Shown piece by piece: positions 60,417 to 64,000 of a DNA stretch of 64,000 nucleotides. The stretch is taken from contig JADJTG010000014.1 in assembly GCA_016711285.1 (NCBI GenBank), positions 311,333-375,332 of the forward strand, read 5' to 3'. This DNA is from Sphingobacteriales bacterium. GTDB taxonomy: Bacteria > Bacteroidota > Bacteroidia > Chitinophagales > UBA2359. A program made the position numbers and the translations under genes. Position 1 is the stretch's first letter; each line of letters opens with the position of its first letter. The notes below the pieces were generated by a model that did not search any database, was not told the origin of the DNA, and saw nothing but the letters and a program-made list of their open reading frames with translations.

Positions 60417-60947
60417 ATGTCAGTACAAGAAAAATATAGCAAAGAAGAGTGGGATTTACTCACCACAGCCCCTATGTTGGTAGGTGCGGCGATGTCTGGT
60501 GCAGATGGTTCAGGATTATTTGGCACTTTGAAAGAGGCGTTTGCCAGTTCGCAGGCAGCGATGGCGGCGCGCTCCGAATTTGCCGACAATGCCCTCATTG
60601 CCGCTTTGATGCCCGTCATCAGCAGTTTCTCCGAAGCCCGCGAACAAGCGTCGGCACAGCAAGAAAAAATTAAAGCACGCCTGCAAGCTGCCAACGCCAA
60701 AGATGCTGCCGCCCTGCAAGCCGTAGCCATTGAGGATTTGAGCAAAGTTCAGGAATTGCTGGACTGCAAAGAAGATGCCGCCACCGCCACCGCTTACAAA
60801 AACTTTATCATTCAGCTCGCCGATAAAGTTGCCAACGCCGCTTCCGAAGGCGGATTCTTGGGCTTCGGCGGCACACGCTTCAGCGATGGAGAGAAATCGT
60901 TTTTGGAAAAAGTAAAAACCGCCCTCCAAACCGATTTGTTGTCGTAA
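60417..60947 (+). CDS. Hypothetical Ala-rich helical protein
   Basis: 176-aa ORF, GC-rich, followed by a strong terminator; no motif recognised with confidence. Antisense ORFs 60329..60745 and 60516..61013 are GC-driven shadows. Confidence 0.55.
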   Translation: MSVQEKYSKEEWDLLTTAPMLVGAAMSGADGSGLFGTLKEAFASSQAAMAARSEFADNALIAALMPVISSFSEAREQASAQQEKIKARLQAANAKDAAALQAVAIEDLSKVQELLDCKEDAATATAYKNFIIQLADKVANAASEGGFLGFGGTRFSDGEKSFLEKVKTALQTDLLS

Positions 60948-60974
60948 ACAACAAATACAGCAACTATCCAAAAA

Positions 60975-61008
60975 AAGCCTTGAACTGCACAGTTCAAGGC
61001 TTTTTTTT
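60975..61008. terminator. Bidirectional-looking rho-independent terminator
   Basis: AAAAAAGCCTTGAACTGCACAGTTCAAGGCTTTTTTTT. Confidence 0.8.
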
Positions 61009-61045
61009 GTCATTGTTCCGAAAGCACCGTTACTGCCGCCATTTT

Positions 61046-61153
61046 TCGTTTGCGATTTTATAAATGCGTTAGTTTGCGCTCAAAAGACGTGGTGAGGGAA
61101 AAAATGCAGATTTTTTGGGTGAAAAATGTTTGTTTTTTTGATATATATATATG
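61046..61153. repeat. Intergenic direct repeat, copy 3 (right half of the composite repeat)
   Basis: TTTGCGATTTTATAAATGCGTTAGTTTGCGCTCAAAAGACGTGGTGAGGGAAAAA...TTTGCAAAACGGA aligns with 43735-43838. Confidence 0.8.
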
Positions 61154-61463
61154 TTTGCAAAACGGATAAACAATTGGCATGATTTACATAAAAAATCTTT
61201 CGAATAAAGTAAAGGAATATTTATAGAGTGTATTACTCAGTAGATATAATAAGCCTCTCTCAAAAGTACTTTTAAGTAGTCAAATTTTGGATAAAACTAT
61301 CAAAGTTTAATGTAATTTATTTTCTTTTTATTGATAAAATTGCACAATTTATCAGCTATAAAATATTTATTTTTAATTATTTGCAATAAAAAATCAATAC
61401 AAAAGTATCGCAATAAAAGGAATAATCAAAATCGTGCTGTTTAAACCCTTAATTAATAAAAAA

Positions 61464-62455
61464 ATGGAACAACTAAAATTTAATATTCTCTGCTTTTTAA
61501 TTATTCTGCTTATGGTATTCGGATGTAATAACAGAGAAACTGTTATCAATGAACCAAGAGAGATAATTATAGAATGGAATAACAATTTAAATAAAAAGAA
61601 TTTTGATAATCTATCGGAATTATATGGTGAAAATGTTCTTTACTATGGTGAGAGGAAAAATAAAAACGCTTGTATTAGAGATAAAAACTTATTTATGAAA
61701 AAAAACAACAGCTTTTCTCAAAAAATTGATGTAAACAAAATTGATGTAGCAGAACAAAATCCTGGAATTTATGAATGCAAGTTTGAAAAAGAAGTTACTA
61801 TTAGTGGGATTTCAAAAATATACCCAAGCTATATCGTTCTTAAAGAATCAGATAATAAATTAAAGATAATAACCGAAAGTGATGAAATAACAGATTATTT
61901 TTTAGCAAGAAAATTTGTTAGCGAGCTATCAATTCAAGGCGACTTTAACGGTGATGGAAGAGTAGAAAAGCTATCTGAAGTTTTATTTGAACCAGAAAGT
62001 AAAAAAATATACCGAAAAAAAAACCAGATATTGAGATGCTTTATTCTTATGGAGATATAATTCATACCAAACTAAATTCTTCGGATAACATAATCCAGAC
62101 ACTATTTATTAAAAAATCTCCTTTAGGATTGTCTATACTTATCAATGAAGGAGATTTAGACGGAGATGGCGGAGATGAAATTTCTTTTTTACGAGAACAC
62201 ATGACAAGTTCTTGGCACTGTTTGCATTTATATACGATAAAAAACGATGAATGGAAAAATATTTATTCTGCGACTGTAATTACTACAGAAATGACTCGTT
62301 ATGACTACGATGAAGTATACAAAAAAGGAATAAATACAGGAGAAATAATCTCTATTGAATACGAAGATTGGGGAATAATGAGCAAAAAAATCATAAAGGA
62401 AATTAATAACAAGTATATAGTTACAGAGTTAACCAAGTTAAGAAAAAAAAGATAA
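61464..62455 (+). CDS. Hypothetical lipoprotein with two DxDGDG (FG-GAP/EF-hand-like) motifs, frameshift in the A9 run at 62015-62023
   Basis: Lipobox LLMVFGC. ORFs 61434..62060 and 62036..62455 join if one A is removed (…ESKKIYTEKKPDIEMLYSYGD…). Contains the motifs GDFNGDGRVE and GDLDGDGGDE. Confidence 0.55.
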
Positions 62456-62492
62456 CGTTAAATTTATAATTAATCTAATACAAAATATCATA

Positions 62493-63323
62493 ATGAAAAA
62501 ATATTTTACATTCTGTATTATCTTTTTGATTACAGTACAAGTATATTCTCAGCACATTTCAAATGCTAAAATGCTTTATGACCCGCGGGTTAATATCTTT
62601 GCTGTATCTGGTGTAGGCGGTGGAAATCTATATGAATTCACTGCAGAAAAATCTTCCTCATCAGGTCAAATATCAATAGACTGGAATATTGCACTTATGG
62701 GGATAAAAGGGAGAGACGAAAGATTACAAACCTTGACAACGGTTTTTAAATATAATCCTTTTATAGGAGCAAATTATGTTAATGAAGACAGCCTTGATAT
62801 AAGAAAAATAGCATTTGTTGATAATGAATTTCAAATAATGATAGGATTTCGCTATAATAAGTTAAGTTTATTTGGAAGTGAAAAATTAGCAAAATTTGTA
62901 AAATCTTATTTTATAGATTTTTCAACCGCCCCATATCAAATCCGAAACTCTCCCTCTAATAATACAGGTTTTCGTAATTTTAACATTAATATTGGGGGGC
63001 AATTCGGATATATGACAAATTTAGATTTTGGATTATTGGGTGTCACATTTAATCCTCAACTAAACTACATCTGGATATACGATAATGAAAATGGGGACAG
63101 GGGGTTTGAAGAAATTGTAAATTCAATAACCCCTCTAAAACGGAATTTCTTTGGCTTTGGAGGTAAAGTGATAGTCTATTTGAATGACTTTGCTATTTTT
63201 TTTGAAGGAAGAAAATATTTAACCTCTAAATCACAACCTAAAATTAACGGATTGACGGATAGAGCAATTTTTTCAATCGGAGGTGTCGCAACGGGAAATG
63301 TTTTCAAAAATAAAACTAATTAG
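62493..63323 (+). CDS. Hypothetical secreted (possibly outer-membrane) protein
   Basis: Signal peptide MKKYFTFCIIFLITVQVYSQ; alternating beta-like pattern rich in G/N/F/Y; no motif recognised. Confidence 0.5.
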   Translation: MKKYFTFCIIFLITVQVYSQHISNAKMLYDPRVNIFAVSGVGGGNLYEFTAEKSSSSGQISIDWNIALMGIKGRDERLQTLTTVFKYNPFIGANYVNEDSLDIRKIAFVDNEFQIMIGFRYNKLSLFGSEKLAKFVKSYFIDFSTAPYQIRNSPSNNTGFRNFNINIGGQFGYMTNLDFGLLGVTFNPQLNYIWIYDNENGDRGFEEIVNSITPLKRNFFGFGGKVIVYLNDFAIFFEGRKYLTSKSQPKINGLTDRAIFSIGGVATGNVFKNKTN

Positions 63324-63355
63324 GACAGTATATATAAGCATTTATTTGCGATTTA

Positions 63356-63486
63356 TACCAAATAAATATCTAATATAAAAAGGTTCTATTCTGTAACGAT
63401 GTTGCTGATATTAGCAATAATATAAGCCACTTTGAATGGAATTGAATCTGTAAAATAACTATGACAAATAGATATTTGAATGGTAT
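63356..63486. mobile_element. MITE-like intergenic repeat, copy B (131 bp)
   Basis: Collinear with 35070..35215. Terminal inverted repeats are ATACCAAATAAATATCTA ... TAGATATTTGAATGGTAT. The internal hairpin is degraded relative to copy A. Confidence 0.5.
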
Positions 63487-63537
63487 TATACTACCCCAAT
63501 TTGCATTTTTATATAACAAATACACACCCAACACAAA

Positions 63538-63573
63538 AAGCCCGCCAACTGCACAGTTGGCGGGCTTTTTTGC
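63538..63573. terminator. Bidirectional rho-independent terminator (serves ndk on the reverse strand)
   Basis: AAAAAGCCCGCCAACTGCACAGTTGGCGGGCTTTTTT: an A-run before and a T-run after a 13-bp GC-rich stem. Confidence 0.8.
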
Positions 63574-63612
63574 GTGTTGCGGCAAAAGAAAAATATCTAT
63601 TTCTCCTCCGCC

Positions 63613-64000
63613 CTAAAAACGCTCCAAACTACTAAAAAAGAAATCGCCTTCGATGCGGGCGTTTTCGTCAGAGTCAGAGCCGTGTACGGCATTTTCGCCG
63701 ATGCTCGTGGCGTATTTTTTGCGGATAGTGCCCTCTGCTGCCTGCGCCGGATTCGTAGCTCCGATGAGCGTGCGAAAATCTTCTACGGCATTGTCTTTTT
63801 CCAAAATCGCCGCCACAATCGGTCCCGAAGACATAAACTCCACCAATTCGCCATAAAAAGGACGCTCCTTGTGTACGGCATAAAATGCTCCCGCCTGCTC
63901 TTTGCTCAGGCGCAGATATTTCATCGCCACTATCCGAAAACCGCCCTCGTTCATCATCGCCAAAATACCGCCGATGTAGTTGTTGCGTACTGCATCGGGT
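63613..64000 (-). CDS. ndk: Nucleoside diphosphate kinase (5' end beyond the window edge)
   Basis: ...[72 protein letters not shown]...NAVHGSDS. The frame stays open upstream of the track Met to position 64000. Confidence 0.93.
   Translation of the reverse strand, partial: PDAVRNNYIGGILAMMNEGGFRIVAMKYLRLSKEQAGAFYAVHKERPFYGELVEFMSSGPIVAAILEKDNAVEDFRTLIGATNPAQAAEGTIRKKYATSIGENAVHGSDSDENARIEGDFFFSSLERF

Noticed and set aside
43735-61153. Integrative element with integrase or tRNA attachment site for the repeat-bracketed 17-kb segment.
   Set aside because: No integrase, recombinase, excisionase or tRNA gene is visible anywhere in or next to the segment, so only the repeat bracketing itself is reported.
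63370-63585. 71-aa reverse-strand ORF.
   Set aside because: It spans the MITE-like element and the ndk terminator hairpin; it has no RBS or motif.
1-64000. Scan for tRNA, rRNA, tmRNA or RNase P-like sequences.
   Set aside because: I saw no T-loop (GGTTCGAATCC-type) or rRNA signature sequence by eye. This is a weak negative and needs tRNAscan/Infernal.

Overview
This 64-kb window looks like a chromosomal segment of a Bacteroidota bacterium. The evidence is many secreted proteins ending in T9SS-type C-terminal sorting domains and TAnnTTTG boxes upstream of genes. A housekeeping backbone, visibly GC-richer, carries gyrA (edge-truncated, missed by the ORF track), thrB, rpmE, pdxJ, pth, ribBA, ndk, mlaE and others. 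It is interrupted by AT-richer accessory stretches. These hold an M43 protease next to an IS30 remnant, and two tandem Cys-rich T9SS paralogs with conversion-like tracts. They also hold two reprolysin-like metalloproteases with 7 and 10 near-identical 69-bp thrombospondin-type-3 repeats, and a cutinase/PETase-like T9SS hydrolase. Further elements are a decayed YhcG nuclease, a fused nuclease-methyltransferase gene, a giant S8 protease and a copper-resistance cluster beside a second IS30 remnant. The most unusual element is a ~3.4-kb array of ~160 copies of a 21-bp unit (46417-49793). Its reverse frame reads as a perfect heptad (LAEFRGK)n, yet it has no start codon and is broken by indels. A G/C-run palindrome lies on one side of it, and a hairpin plus three ~70-bp repeats on the other. 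About 100-bp direct repeats bracket 43.7-61.1 kb, and a ~130-146-bp MITE-like element occurs twice. At least ten genes are split by 1-nt changes in short homopolymers, so either the assembly has indel errors or the genome is decaying. I recognised no rRNA, tRNA or CRISPR. All homology statements are from motif recognition by eye, not from searches.
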